Source: a virus (lineage: Duplodnaviria; Caudoviricetes). From it: a DNA stretch of 56,160 nt. The notes beneath the pieces are model-generated. The model saw only the letters and a list, made by a program, of their open reading frames with translations. It was not told where the DNA came from and ran no database searches. The DNA lies in the IMG/VR virus record IMGVR_UViG_3300032247_000812, positions 1 through 56,160 of that record; one strand, written 5' to 3'. Positions 26,215 through 35,372 of the stretch are shown here, piece by piece. The stretch's first letter is position 1, and the number at the start of each line of letters is the position of its first letter. Both the position numbers and the translations under genes were made by a program.

Positions 26215-26543
26215 AATGTATCTGGCCAATCTCTAAAAAGTGCATGTTGAATATTGCTTCCAACAAATTGATTAAAACTACGATGTTTATTTTCTAACTC
26301 GCCCTCCAATGGAGCAACTCTACTGAATGCTTCATCCATTTGTGCCATGCTAGTGAATTCCATCATTATATGCCATTCTGGCAAATCTTGTATACTACGG
26401 AATCCCATCTTGCATCTAGTGATGCGATACGATTCCATTTTCTTTTCTGTAATTAAATGGTCTAAAAAACTTTTCATATTATTGACCCATTGGGTGTCTG
26501 ATATGCCTTGTATTTTGTCACACCATATATGGTATATGTTCAT
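26211..26543 (-). CDS. DUF6614-like protein (alpha/beta barrel)
   Basis: YHIWCD, YRITRCKMGF, PEWHIMMEF..MAQMDEAF, ALFRDWPD. Confidence 0.75.
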   Translation of the reverse strand: MNIYHIWCDKIQGISDTQWVNNMKSFLDHLITEKKMESYRITRCKMGFRSIQDLPEWHIMMEFTSMAQMDEAFSRVAPLEGELENKHRSFNQFVGSNIQHALFRDWPDTL

Positions 26544-26980
26544 GTTAAAGGTCCTAATATTTCATAGCCATCTAATTGGCTTTTATAGTTGTCTGCTAAT
26601 CCTAGATACAAATACTTAAAACCCTGATTTTTATAGTATGCACACTCATGCTCTAAACTCGCTATCCCTAATTTAATATCGGGGTTAGAATAGTCCCAAG
26701 CAAATTGCAGTGATTCTGCATTTTCTATGTCATATTTTTTCACTATGCTAAATGCACAAAATGTATCTTCAGGGTAGTAAGATATTATATCAGTATTCTT
26801 ATCAAATATCAAGCCGTGGAATAAAGGCATCACGCTTGTAAATTTTTTGTAAGCACAGTATTTTCTATAGATGTTTTGCAGAATGTCCATTTGTGAGTCA
26901 CGCTCACTCATAGACATGTGATGACCAAACTTTAAAATACTGTAGTTTGTTTTGGATAAGTTAATTCTGCAAAATTTCAT
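26540..26980 (-). CDS. GNAT protein resembling arginyl/leucyl-tRNA-protein transferase C-terminal domain (ATE_C)
   Basis: FAWDY...LGIASLEHECAYYKNQGFKYLYLG...YK aligns by eye with ATE1/Bpt SLGT..IL.EI..A...G..Y.YLG..M.YK. Confidence 0.7.
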   Translation of the reverse strand: MKFCRINLSKTNYSILKFGHHMSMSERDSQMDILQNIYRKYCAYKKFTSVMPLFHGLIFDKNTDIISYYPEDTFCAFSIVKKYDIENAESLQFAWDYSNPDIKLGIASLEHECAYYKNQGFKYLYLGLADNYKSQLDGYEILGPLT

Positions 26981-26984
26981 TAAC

Positions 26985-27479
26985 TTATTTATTTCGCCAA
27001 TCCACTACGTCATTTAAATTATGTTTTGACCAAACATCATAATAACCCTTTTCTTTTAAAAGGTCACTTGCTTCAGTTAACTTACTTAATTTTTGTAGCA
27101 ATAATAGGCCACAATGTCCAAAGTTCATTTTGACACCGTTTACGTATTCGGGTGTGTTTGGGTGGTCTTCTAAAATAACATAGTCATTTTTCATTAGCAA
27201 GGTGTTTGTGCCCACTACAAACTCTTGTAAGAATTCAGGACTAATTCTGTTATGGTCAAAGCAAATAATTATTACATCTTTGTGTTCTAGTTTACTTAAT
27301 TGTTGATTTATAGTTTCAAACATATTAGAAACCTCAGTAAACTGAACTTCAATTTTATTTGCTATTCTTGCTTGTCTGGCATATGGACAGGGAGCCCAAT
27401 TACCTAAAAGGCTATTGGGTTTTTCTATAAAATTAACCATCCACTCGGATAGTTGTTCTTTAATGAATTCTTCGTTCAT
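26985..27479 (-). CDS. DUF1415-like protein
   Basis: W...F...PCPYAR, DHP, LLQ motifs. Confidence 0.65.
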   Translation of the reverse strand: MNEEFIKEQLSEWMVNFIEKPNSLLGNWAPCPYARQARIANKIEVQFTEVSNMFETINQQLSKLEHKDVIIICFDHNRISPEFLQEFVVGTNTLLMKNDYVILEDHPNTPEYVNGVKMNFGHCGLLLLQKLSKLTEASDLLKEKGYYDVWSKHNLNDVVDWRNK

Positions 27480-27751
27480 TATTTTGAAAATTGATTTTTA
27501 TCTTTTTTAGGAACATAATCAACACCGGGTACAGGAGTAAAATCCTTGCACACTCTATTAATCATATCTTCCCCGTACTTTAATGTAAGTAAACTAAACT
27601 GTTGGTCAGCGTCTTTATTGTAGTGGTTGTCAATACCAATCATAAAATGTTGCCACCAACGAATTTTTGTAGTGGCATATTTCTTAATAATTATATCTTT
27701 TTCGATATCTGTAAAATCATTATTTTCACGGTAGAATGTATAGTATTTCAT
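27479..27751 (-). CDS. hypothetical protein
   Basis: Coupled ORF in operon. Confidence 0.7.
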   Translation of the reverse strand: MKYYTFYRENNDFTDIEKDIIIKKYATTKIRWWQHFMIGIDNHYNKDADQQFSLLTLKYGEDMINRVCKDFTPVPGVDYVPKKDKNQFSK

Positions 27752-27948
27752 TGTTTCCACATTTTAAAGGCAACTAAATCCTTTTCATTTTCAAAGTAAA
27801 ATTCATAAATGCCCGCATCACGCCCTGCTGGTTGCTTGCACTCATAGCCCCAGTCATCAATGCAATTGCGTTCTAGCCAAGATACCATGGGCCTTAATTC
27901 ACCAAACTCAATAAAAATATCAGCCTTCAGCTTCGTATTTAGTAACAT
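27748..27948 (-). CDS. hypothetical protein
   Basis: GGAG RBS; YEFYFENEKDLVAFKMW. Confidence 0.7.
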   Translation of the reverse strand: MLLNTKLKADIFIEFGELRPMVSWLERNCIDDWGYECKQPAGRDAGIYEFYFENEKDLVAFKMWKQ

Positions 27949-28444
27949 GTACTCCACTCTTGTTTAAGAAATCAATACCATCGGTGCTACGATATGTATC
28001 ACGATAGATTAAGCGAGATATACCACTTTGATATATTAGTTTGGCACAATCAATACAGGGTGCATGTGTGCAAAACATAACAGCATTGTCCCCTGCTTCA
28101 TTGCTTTTGGCAAGTTTACTAATTGCATTTGTTTCTGCATGTAAGACTTCAGGTTTTGTTTTTAGTCTATAACGACCTTGCATTACATTGCCATCAATAT
28201 CTAGGTATGAACCTTCATATGGCCAACCTTCTTCAATTTCTTCTGGATCAAGCCAACCACCTGCACTACACCATTCTTTATCTTCGCAATCGTTGTCCCA
28301 CCCTGCAGGCATACCGTTATAACCAATACTAATGATTCTATCATCTTTGACTACAATAGCACCTACATTAAGTCGTTTAGCATAGCTTAATTTACTTGTG
28401 CGTTCAGCAACATCCATGAAATAATCTATAAATTTCTTTTTCAT
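27920..28444 (-). CDS. dCMP deaminase
   Basis: IGYNGMP, LHAETNAI, HAPCIDCAK. Confidence 0.94.
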   Translation of the reverse strand: MKKKFIDYFMDVAERTSKLSYAKRLNVGAIVVKDDRIISIGYNGMPAGWDNDCEDKEWCSAGGWLDPEEIEEGWPYEGSYLDIDGNVMQGRYRLKTKPEVLHAETNAISKLAKSNEAGDNAVMFCTHAPCIDCAKLIYQSGISRLIYRDTYRSTDGIDFLNKSGVHVTKYEAEG

Positions 28445-28713
28445 TTTACGTAAAACTTTTTAATATGTGCTATAGCAGATTTATTTGGTAAGATACTTAG
28501 TACATAATTTGGTTCGTCATACTTTTTGCAAAATGCTTCGCCTAATTTAGTATTACCCTTTAATTGTTCAAAGAGAAATCCTTTGCAAAAATCGTCAAAC
28601 TCTTGTTTACTAATCTTAAAATCTTTCTTACCTTTTCCCAGTGTTTGTACTTCTAATTGTTTTACCATTTGTTCAAACATATCAATCCCAGAGGTTTCTA
28701 TAATATTTTGCAA
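28441..28713 (-). CDS. hypothetical protein
   Basis: ORF in operon; start uncertain. Confidence 0.65.
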   Translation of the reverse strand: MQNIIETSGIDMFEQMVKQLEVQTLGKGKKDFKISKQEFDDFCKGFLFEQLKGNTKLGEAFCKKYDEPNYVLSILPNKSAIAHIKKFYVK

Positions 28714-29218
28714 ATAAATCCAAACCTTCTTGGATACGTTCTTCGTGTAGTTGATGACCCTCGTAATCGTACCAATGATTTTCGGGGTTCTTATCTACCA
28801 TTTGAAATGTTTCTTCTACTTTGCCTGTTAGTGGATTAGGAAATGTTTTATCACTTTTAACCCAATCATATTCAGCATGACCATGATGATATTGTTCATC
28901 ATAATCACCTTTAAGCAATTGCTCAAAAGACCAAATCATTTTGTCTAGTGTTTCTTCCCAACGCTTAACACCTTCATTGAAGGCTTCATCATTACTTTCT
29001 TCATAGAAATCAAAACTTTGTTGACTATGATGTTTCTCGCCACCTACGTCACCAAACTGATTTGGTATGCCGTGCTTGGTATTTCTAAGTTGAACCAATG
29101 CTGGGTATATAATAAGTGCTAATGTGTGGTCTAGATTCCATGTATCATACCCGTCAATAGTCACATTTACTTTTCTATTGTTATTCTTTCTAGGGAATTT
29201 ACCTAAACTAACTTTCAT
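28682..29218 (-). CDS. conserved phage hypothetical protein
   Basis: DTWNLDHTLA.II.P.L, LDKMIWSFE, GL.LFAKYY.NLWD. Confidence 0.85.
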   Translation of the reverse strand: MKVSLGKFPRKNNNRKVNVTIDGYDTWNLDHTLALIIYPALVQLRNTKHGIPNQFGDVGGEKHHSQQSFDFYEESNDEAFNEGVKRWEETLDKMIWSFEQLLKGDYDEQYHHGHAEYDWVKSDKTFPNPLTGKVEETFQMVDKNPENHWYDYEGHQLHEERIQEGLDLFAKYYRNLWD

Positions 29219-29577
29219 AATGCATCCTTAATAGCACCGTTGATAAAGTAATAATGCTCTTTATCATGTACAACCACTGCTACGTCTACTCCACCGTACT
29301 CCTTAGAATTTTTAGCTAATTCTTGCACCGTCTTACCTTGACAAATAAAAGACTTGTCTTCAAAATCATACAGTAATAGTGAGTTATCAGCCCTTTCTAT
29401 AACTAATTTTCTAACAACTAATTCAGTAACCTCATCGGATTCAAGTTGAATACCACGTCTTTTGGCTTCTAACTTAACAGCTTCACGGATACGCAATGTA
29501 AAGAACATCTCGCCGGCTCTAAAGCCCGCAACAAAGACTACGATTATGGCTACTAGTGTGTCGAAATCTAAACTCAT
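29215..29577 (-). CDS. membrane-anchored hypothetical protein
   Basis: N-terminal TM; FICQG. Confidence 0.75.
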   Translation of the reverse strand: MSLDFDTLVAIIVVFVAGFRAGEMFFTLRIREAVKLEAKRRGIQLESDEVTELVVRKLVIERADNSLLLYDFEDKSFICQGKTVQELAKNSKEYGGVDVAVVVHDKEHYYFINGAIKDAL

Positions 29578-29581
29578 ATTT

Positions 29582-29863
29582 TTATTTATTAATTTCTAAG
29601 TTAGACCATTTCTTTAATTTTTCAAACTTATTCTTTTTAGCCTGTTCAATGCCCTCATTGGACACTCCGATATTTAAGTCAGTAAGCAACTCAACCATTG
29701 CAAACAGGTCACCGATTTCTTCTTCAAGCATGTTTAAGTTTGTTCGGTCTTTACCGGGCTTCATTTGGTCAGGACCAAACCGCATACACTTGCTAACGGC
29801 TTGGGTAACCTCCGCACATTCCTCTTGTAAAATTAATAAAATTTCTTTTAGATTATCATTCAT
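29582..29863 (-). CDS. MazG-like nucleotide pyrophosphohydrolase
   Basis: LQEECAEV and EEEIGDL motifs. Confidence 0.85.
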   Translation of the reverse strand: MNDNLKEILLILQEECAEVTQAVSKCMRFGPDQMKPGKDRTNLNMLEEEIGDLFAMVELLTDLNIGVSNEGIEQAKKNKFEKLKKWSNLEINK

Positions 29864-30170
29864 CTTTAACTACTTCCAACGTTGTGGTGTTGCCACCTAA
29901 TTCTTTTAAATCTTTTTCCAATGTACTTAATACAGATGCACCATAACCAGTAGTACCTTCACGACCTTTATAGCATATGTAAAGACTTCCTGAGTAATTA
30001 GTATACTCATATCTATCTTCAAATTCTACTGTTTCTGTAATACCAGAACTTAGTTTCCAACTGTCACTTCCAGTATAACCACCATACCAATTTGCAAATA
30101 CTTTTTTTGTCTTTTCATCTTTGTGTGTTACTTCTACTATAATCCACTTATCAGGTGTGTAAGTACTCAT
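29856..30170 (-). CDS. conserved phage hypothetical protein
   Basis: YTPDKW, WYGGYTGSDSWKLSSGI, SGSLYIC. Confidence 0.85.
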   Translation of the reverse strand: MSTYTPDKWIIVEVTHKDEKTKKVFANWYGGYTGSDSWKLSSGITETVEFEDRYEYTNYSGSLYICYKGREGTTGYGASVLSTLEKDLKELGGNTTTLEVVKDE

Positions 30171-30622
30171 TTTAATCCCTCTAGATAATTTTCATGTTGA
30201 ATCCATTTGCCGTTTTTCAAAAAGCCCCAATCACGTGATTGTGGTCCCATGAAAAATAATGTAGTAACTGGTTTTTCATTTTGTAATTCTAACCAATGAT
30301 AATCATTTGCTTTACGAACAATAACACTGCCCGGACCACGCCATTCTTGAAACACCCCTATTTGTTTATTCTCTTTGTTATAGACAGGGTAGTGTTCCCA
30401 ATAACCACCTTTTAGTATAATGGTCATGTATCCCCATGGGTGGTCATGTAAAATAGGATCATCACTTTTTACAATTTTATGTAGTGTTACATTAAATGGG
30501 AACCATTTTCTATCCTTCAGAAACAGGTAATAACGATGCATGTAATCTGCACCTGTTCTACGGTCTGGGATAAGACGATACCTGCCAAGTTTATCCATAA
30601 GTTTGTGAAATATACTACTCAT
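30167..30622 (-). CDS. cupin-fold protein
   Basis: LHDHPW, ILKGGYWE, H.LEL, TLFFMGP..RDWGF; GGAGG RBS. Confidence 0.8.
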   Translation of the reverse strand: MSSIFHKLMDKLGRYRLIPDRRTGADYMHRYYLFLKDRKWFPFNVTLHKIVKSDDPILHDHPWGYMTIILKGGYWEHYPVYNKENKQIGVFQEWRGPGSVIVRKANDYHWLELQNEKPVTTLFFMGPQSRDWGFLKNGKWIQHENYLEGLK

Positions 30623-30642
30623 TTAATCCTCCGGCAAATATT

Positions 30643-30683
30643 AAGAAAAGTTGACGGGCTTTAATTAATTGGGCGCCCGTCAA
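30643..30683 (-). terminator. terminator-like hairpin
   Basis: TTGACGGGC...GCCCGTCAA stem then CTTTTCTT on minus strand; small TTACC-GTGA-GGTAA hairpin just upstream. Confidence 0.65.
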
Positions 30684-30706
30684 GCCCTTGTTACCTCACG
30701 GTAATA

Positions 30707-30961
30707 TTAAACGCCCAATGCCAATGCACGATAGCCAGCTGCCACGATTGCACGTGAAGGCTTGCCCAAACGATACTTAGTAGTCACACGACCTTTAGTA
30801 TCAGTATGCTTGTTTGCATATACTGCATAACCTTCAAAACGCAAATTGCTGATAGTAGCAGTTGGGTTCTTCACGCTAAAACGTGCGGCGATTTGTTTAG
30901 CAGTCAATTGCTCACCAGCTTGAAGTGCTGATAGTACACGGGTTTGTTTAGTTTCTGTCAT
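30707..30961 (-). CDS. winged helix-turn-helix protein
   Basis: AAGGA RBS at ATG 30961; VLSALQAGEQLTAKQIAARF...ATISNLR. Confidence 0.8.
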   Translation of the reverse strand: MTETKQTRVLSALQAGEQLTAKQIAARFSVKNPTATISNLRFEGYAVYANKHTDTKGRVTTKYRLGKPSRAIVAAGYRALALGV

Positions 30962-31057
30962 TTTGTTTTCCTTTAAAATTTCATTGTTCTCACAATGTGC
31001 ATCTATTATATGATAATATCTAAGAATACACAATATTAATTGGTCGCCTAGTTTAAG

Positions 31058-31900
31058 TTAGATATCCAAAAACAATAACTCAAATTCATCTGCACGGGCC
31101 TCATGGTTAATATAACCGCGTGGATTACAAATAACCCTAGTATCACCTACCTTATAATCACTTACATTATGCATATGACCATGTGTCCATAATGCAATCT
31201 GTGGATGATCCAAAATGAATTCAGTTAAGTTACTGAAATAACCACCATTCATTAATGTATCATTATGATACATTTCATCTACACTTTCAAAGCTAGGTGC
31301 ATGATGGCCTACTACCACGCATTTTTTATCTTTGTTTTCACTTAATACAAATTTAAAATATTGCAAGGTTTCACGGTGTCGCAATACCACATCCTGAGTA
31401 CTCATGGATGCATAATTTCTTTTATCGTTTTTAATAATACGGAAATCATTCATCATGGATCCAACGGCATGCAGTGTAAGAGGATCTGCCCTATTCATAT
31501 CAGTCCATAATGTACCACCCACAAACACTACATCATTAATTATCTTAGTATCACGTTCCAAAAAGTATACATTAGGAAACTTGGCGCATTCTTCACGCAG
31601 GTAATCAATACTTGCATAAAACTTCCCATGATAAAACTCATGGTTACCTGCAATAAAAATTACGTGCGGAAATTGAAAACTGCAACGGCTTAAAAAGTCA
31701 CGATATCTTTGTGCCGCGGCTTGTCTACGTCCCAAATTACTAATTTGAGTTGGGTCGTTAGGATGCACCTGTGGATGGTCATGCAAATCTTGTGCGACCA
31801 TAATATCACCACTGAGAATTAATACCTCAGCATTATCTGTATTCTTAAGTACAATATCTCCAAACTCTAAATGCAAATCACTGCATACTGCTACTCTCAT
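31058..31900 (-). CDS. calcineurin-like metallophosphoesterase
   Basis: SDLHLE, GDI, GNHEFY, HHAPS, HGHMH, CNPRGY. Confidence 0.92.
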   Translation of the reverse strand: MRVAVCSDLHLEFGDIVLKNTDNAEVLILSGDIMVAQDLHDHPQVHPNDPTQISNLGRRQAAAQRYRDFLSRCSFQFPHVIFIAGNHEFYHGKFYASIDYLREECAKFPNVYFLERDTKIINDVVFVGGTLWTDMNRADPLTLHAVGSMMNDFRIIKNDKRNYASMSTQDVVLRHRETLQYFKFVLSENKDKKCVVVGHHAPSFESVDEMYHNDTLMNGGYFSNLTEFILDHPQIALWTHGHMHNVSDYKVGDTRVICNPRGYINHEARADEFELLFLDI

Positions 31901-31908
31901 ATTATCCT

Positions 31909-32310
31909 TTACCCCCGGCGCATACGGGAAATATCTTGCGCTTCCTCATCACTAAAAACAGGTACAGCGTTACTCTTATGCATTGTTGCGATACCTTTTA
32001 CCTTTGTACCAGTGTATATTTTTGGTGGAGCCAATGTTGCACTACCCACATTGCTATTCAAACTTTTAATGTGTGCAGTGGTATTTCTACCTTCGGGAAT
32101 CTTCAATGAATATGACCCACTAAGTGAACCTGCACTCAGTGCCCTTACTCGTTTCTTTTCCTCTTGCTCAATACCTTGACGCTTGAGTAATTCTTTCCAA
32201 GACTCGTCTAATTCACGTGCCTTACGTGCCTCGGCGGCATTACGAAATTTAACTTTACCTTTTTTCTTACCAGAGGTACTAAGCCAAGGACCTTCTAAAT
32301 GCATACTCAT
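31909..32310 (-). CDS. conserved myophage hypothetical protein
   Basis: YTGT.VKGIATMHKSNAVPVF...DISRMRR motif. Confidence 0.85.
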   Translation of the reverse strand: MSMHLEGPWLSTSGKKKGKVKFRNAAEARKARELDESWKELLKRQGIEQEEKKRVRALSAGSLSGSYSLKIPEGRNTTAHIKSLNSNVGSATLAPPKIYTGTKVKGIATMHKSNAVPVFSDEEAQDISRMRRG

Positions 32311-32642
32311 TTGATTAACTCCGCAATATGTTTACAAGCACCTCGGTATGTAAACCCAGGACACGTGCATGTTTTATCCTCTGTGTCAAGTGAATACACA
32401 GAACCTTTACTACCAGTAACTTTAATAATTGTACTCTTTTCTTTGACTTTTGTAAAGGGATTTGGCTTAACTGTTGTAAACTTACGACCGCGCCTGTCAA
32501 AGTTCTTAATTGGATTTTTGAAATAGAAGGGTGTACTTTCACCCTTCTTGATGTATGCTACTAGATTAGTTCCATCCAACAAGTAAGTATGATTCGGCGA
32601 CTCTGAGCCGGGCCATACTGTTGTCTCTAGTAATGCTTCCAT
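32307..32642 (-). CDS. SWIM zinc-finger protein
   Basis: GSKGSVY...CTCPGF..RGACKH. Confidence 0.85.
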   Translation of the reverse strand: MEALLETTVWPGSESPNHTYLLDGTNLVAYIKKGESTPFYFKNPIKNFDRRGRKFTTVKPNPFTKVKEKSTIIKVTGSKGSVYSLDTEDKTCTCPGFTYRGACKHIAELIK

Positions 32643-32652
32643 TTGTATCTCC

Positions 32653-33150
32653 TTACAGGGGCAATACTTCTACTGTTTCTAGTATTTCTTCAATCAGTGC
32701 TACTGCTAAGGGTTTAAAGTCACCACCGTGATCCGATACAAACCAAGTAGCAACACCATTTACACTTCGCAAAATGTAATCGTATTCTTCAGCTTGACCA
32801 TTGGCACGATAATCTGCAAAATCTTTGAAGTATCGTGCATACACATTGTGTTCACTACGGTCACGACCATAGAAGGTAGTCATGTTACCATAGAGTTCCT
32901 CAAACTTGCCATCCTTGCTTAGAGGGCTATCAGCCGACAAATCAAAAACACTAAAAGGATGCTTGGTACCGATTGTGGGACGCAAACTAGAAACGTCACC
33001 GAGGTCAATCAAGTCACGCAATACAAAGGGATTAGAATAATTTTCTTGCAAGATTTTACCGTTGTGTGACAAGTAACCATCCCAATGACAGTATACCTGA
33101 CCAACTGTACCGTCAGCGAATTCAAGAGCGATTGTAGAACGTGTAGCCAT
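32653..33150 (-). CDS. conserved early hypothetical protein
   Basis: MATRS.I...VYCHWDGY, FYGRDR, EYDY; behind promoter repeat B. Confidence 0.85.
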   Translation of the reverse strand: MATRSTIALEFADGTVGQVYCHWDGYLSHNGKILQENYSNPFVLRDLIDLGDVSSLRPTIGTKHPFSVFDLSADSPLSKDGKFEELYGNMTTFYGRDRSEHNVYARYFKDFADYRANGQAEEYDYILRSVNGVATWFVSDHGGDFKPLAVALIEEILETVEVLPL

Positions 33151-33157
33151 TTTCGAG

Positions 33158-33212
33158 TCCTTTTCTTTACTGTCTAAGATTCTATTATATCAGAAAGCCC
33201 ATTTATTGTCAA
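33158..33212 (-). repeat. early promoter-leader-RBS repeat, copy B
   Basis: TTGACA-17-TATAAT-AGAATCTTAGACAGTAAAGAAAAGGA. Confidence 0.9.
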
Positions 33213-33214
33213 AT

Positions 33215-33472
33215 TTAAGCAAATTCGTAAAACTTGACTGATGGATCCAATTTCTTTAATTCACGTGCCGCAGTAGTTAATTCCTTGTATCGGGCTTGAA
33301 CAAGACTACGTGGCAGTTCACCGTCGCATGTAAGATTTTCGGGACTCAAATCTGAATCGATTGAATCGGCAATCTTTTGACGGTCGGTTGCATTGTCCAA
33401 AGTAAGTTCTTTGGCACCAAAAATTGTACCGTATGCGTTTTTACGAACCAGATATGTTTTTAATGCTGACAT
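33215..33472 (-). CDS. early hypothetical protein
   Basis: LSPENLTCDGE motif; behind promoter repeat C. Confidence 0.85.
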   Translation of the reverse strand: MSALKTYLVRKNAYGTIFGAKELTLDNATDRQKIADSIDSDLSPENLTCDGELPRSLVQARYKELTTAARELKKLDPSVKFYEFA

Positions 33473-33478
33473 TTTTAA

Positions 33479-33534
33479 CTCCGTTATCTAACTGTCTAAG
33501 ATTCTATTATATAGCCAAACGGATTTATTGTCAA
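33479..33534 (-). repeat. early promoter-leader-RBS repeat, copy C
   Basis: TTGACA-17-TATAAT-AGAATCTTAGACAGTTAGATAACGGAG. Confidence 0.9.
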
Positions 33535-33535
33535 C

Positions 33536-34162
33536 CTAATGGGGAATGTTGTTTTCCTGCAACATTTTGTTCCTGCCGTCAACGTAGGATTTGTAGTTTT
33601 TTAATATTGATTCTGTAATTGGTTTATTTAAAAACTTACTTATTTTCTCTAAAGCTACAAATGAATCATTATGTGGTTCATATATTTCATCATACATAAT
33701 AACCAGTGTAATTTCTTTAAATTCATCTGGAATTTTTATATCTGTATAATTACCCCAAACAGATTTAGTATTAGTTAATATGTTTACCGGTTTTGTAACA
33801 TCCATTTTATTTTTAGTTAATATATTATTAATAATTTCATCTGAATTATTTGGTGATATACCAATTAAAATGGTTTTACAATTAGGGGCTTTTTCAGTAA
33901 TTAATTTTGGTAACTGTGTAGCCGGCGCAGGCACCAATCTAGATTTAAGATTAGGGAATGCATGAGTACACATTATTTCTTTATACTTCCAACGTTGTGC
34001 AGGAGTTAGGTATTTGATTGGATAATCATGACCGCTATTGTTTCTCCAAACAATATTTTCTATATCTAGGTCATCTCGTAGCATATGGCAAATAGCCGCT
34101 AAGAATCTTCCGGAAGTACCCGGGGCAAATGCAACTACCAATTCTACTAGCGGCTGATTCAT
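33536..34162 (-). CDS. AT-rich hypothetical protein, sulfotransferase-like P-loop family
   Basis: VAFAPGTSGRFL; paralogue of 23518-24273. Confidence 0.65.
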   Translation of the reverse strand: MNQPLVELVVAFAPGTSGRFLAAICHMLRDDLDIENIVWRNNSGHDYPIKYLTPAQRWKYKEIMCTHAFPNLKSRLVPAPATQLPKLITEKAPNCKTILIGISPNNSDEIINNILTKNKMDVTKPVNILTNTKSVWGNYTDIKIPDEFKEITLVIMYDEIYEPHNDSFVALEKISKFLNKPITESILKNYKSYVDGRNKMLQENNIPH

Positions 34163-34188
34163 TACTTAAGTAATCTCCTATTTAATAA

Positions 34189-34683
34189 TCAAGAACCTGT
34201 TGACAAGAACAAAATTTCTTTGCTAATCGAACTTTGTTGAAACTGCTCAATGTAAACGTGGTGATTGTCTGTGCTACTACGCATAGCCGCATTAGCCGCA
34301 ACATACAATGCCGCCCAAGTAAGACCGTTCACTTCAACAGTGATATCTTTGTTGGTATTCCAATCTTTGTACACTACCTGAGTAGCACCTTCATAGGGGT
34401 GACGGTCATTAAGATTGTCGACCTCGTAGATAGACCAAACAGTCTGTAAACCTAGGTCTGTACGGACATTATCGTAATGTTCATGTTTGGTTTCAAACGC
34501 CTTGTCATCTTGCTCATATGCACCCTTGAGTCCATCGGCAATTTGCGTTTGAGCCTTGAGCAATTTTTTCAGTAATGAGGGATGAATCGTATCTTCCAAT
34601 TGACCGATGATTGAGGCCAATTCACACATTCCGTTGTGTACGTTTTTGAATTCTTGGGCTGTCAGAGTAGGGTTGCAATTCAT
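34189..34683 (-). CDS. early hypothetical protein
   Basis: TWAALY.AA..A...S.D.HHVYIE.F...L.TGS; behind promoter repeat D. Confidence 0.8.
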   Translation of the reverse strand: MNCNPTLTAQEFKNVHNGMCELASIIGQLEDTIHPSLLKKLLKAQTQIADGLKGAYEQDDKAFETKHEHYDNVRTDLGLQTVWSIYEVDNLNDRHPYEGATQVVYKDWNTNKDITVEVNGLTWAALYVAANAAMRSSTDNHHVYIEQFQQSSISKEILFLSTGS

Positions 34684-34690
34684 AAATTCG

Positions 34691-34746
34691 CTCCGTTAGT
34701 TAACTGTCTATGTATGTATTATATAGCCAAATCCATTTATTGTCAA
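34691..34746 (-). repeat. early promoter-leader-RBS repeat, copy D (variant)
   Basis: TTGACA-17-TATAAT-ACATACATAGACAGTTAACTAACGGAG. Confidence 0.85.
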
Positions 34747-34787
34747 CCATTTCTGCCGCTTTTTTGGGTGTTGTTTTTACACAACAC

Positions 34788-35363
34788 TTAGATTGTGTCT
34801 AAAATATAATCGGCCGCATTATATCCAACCATTTCCTCTGCATTTAAATATACATCACTTGGTTGTAATAGTTTCTTTTTAATAGTATTAATATCTAAAT
34901 CAGTTGCCGTAGTTAATACATCAACCATTCTATCATTTAATCTGTCATTTTCTTTTATCATTGCTTTAATATCATGGTACTTAAGTTCCCCGTCATTACC
35001 TGAAAATTGATGACACATAATGCCAGTATTTTTACCAATATAACGATGACCTTTAGTACCACTAGCAAATATTAAAAATGCCGCACTCATAATACTACCT
35101 AATCCAATAGTTCTAATAGGATGTATACTATTATGCATTATGTCAATTAATCCCAATGCTTCATATAAATCACCACCACAGCTATTAATATATAATGTTA
35201 ATAGTTTCTCTGGTTTTTTATCCATATTTTCATATACAATCCATTTAATAGTTTCATTAATGGTTTCAGTATTAATCTCACCTATTAAAAAATGTGTGTG
35301 ATTTTCTAATAGTTTAACACTAATTCTATCTTCCGCATTAAATTCTTCTATTTTCTTTGGCAT
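34788..35363 (-). CDS. divergent ClpP-family protease
   Basis: LYINSCGG, MSAAFLIFASG, MCHQ, DVYLNAEE (Ser-His-Asp apparently retained). Confidence 0.88.
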   Translation of the reverse strand: MPKKIEEFNAEDRISVKLLENHTHFLIGEINTETINETIKWIVYENMDKKPEKLLTLYINSCGGDLYEALGLIDIMHNSIHPIRTIGLGSIMSAAFLIFASGTKGHRYIGKNTGIMCHQFSGNDGELKYHDIKAMIKENDRLNDRMVDVLTTATDLDINTIKKKLLQPSDVYLNAEEMVGYNAADYILDTI

Positions 35364-35372
35364 TTTATTCTT

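Noticed and set aside
26986-29590. ATAAATA motifs before ATG 26980 and 29577 as late promoters
   Set aside because: Both coincide with Asn-Lys-stop codons (AAT AAA TAA) of the upstream gene and may be chance in AT-rich DNA; not counted
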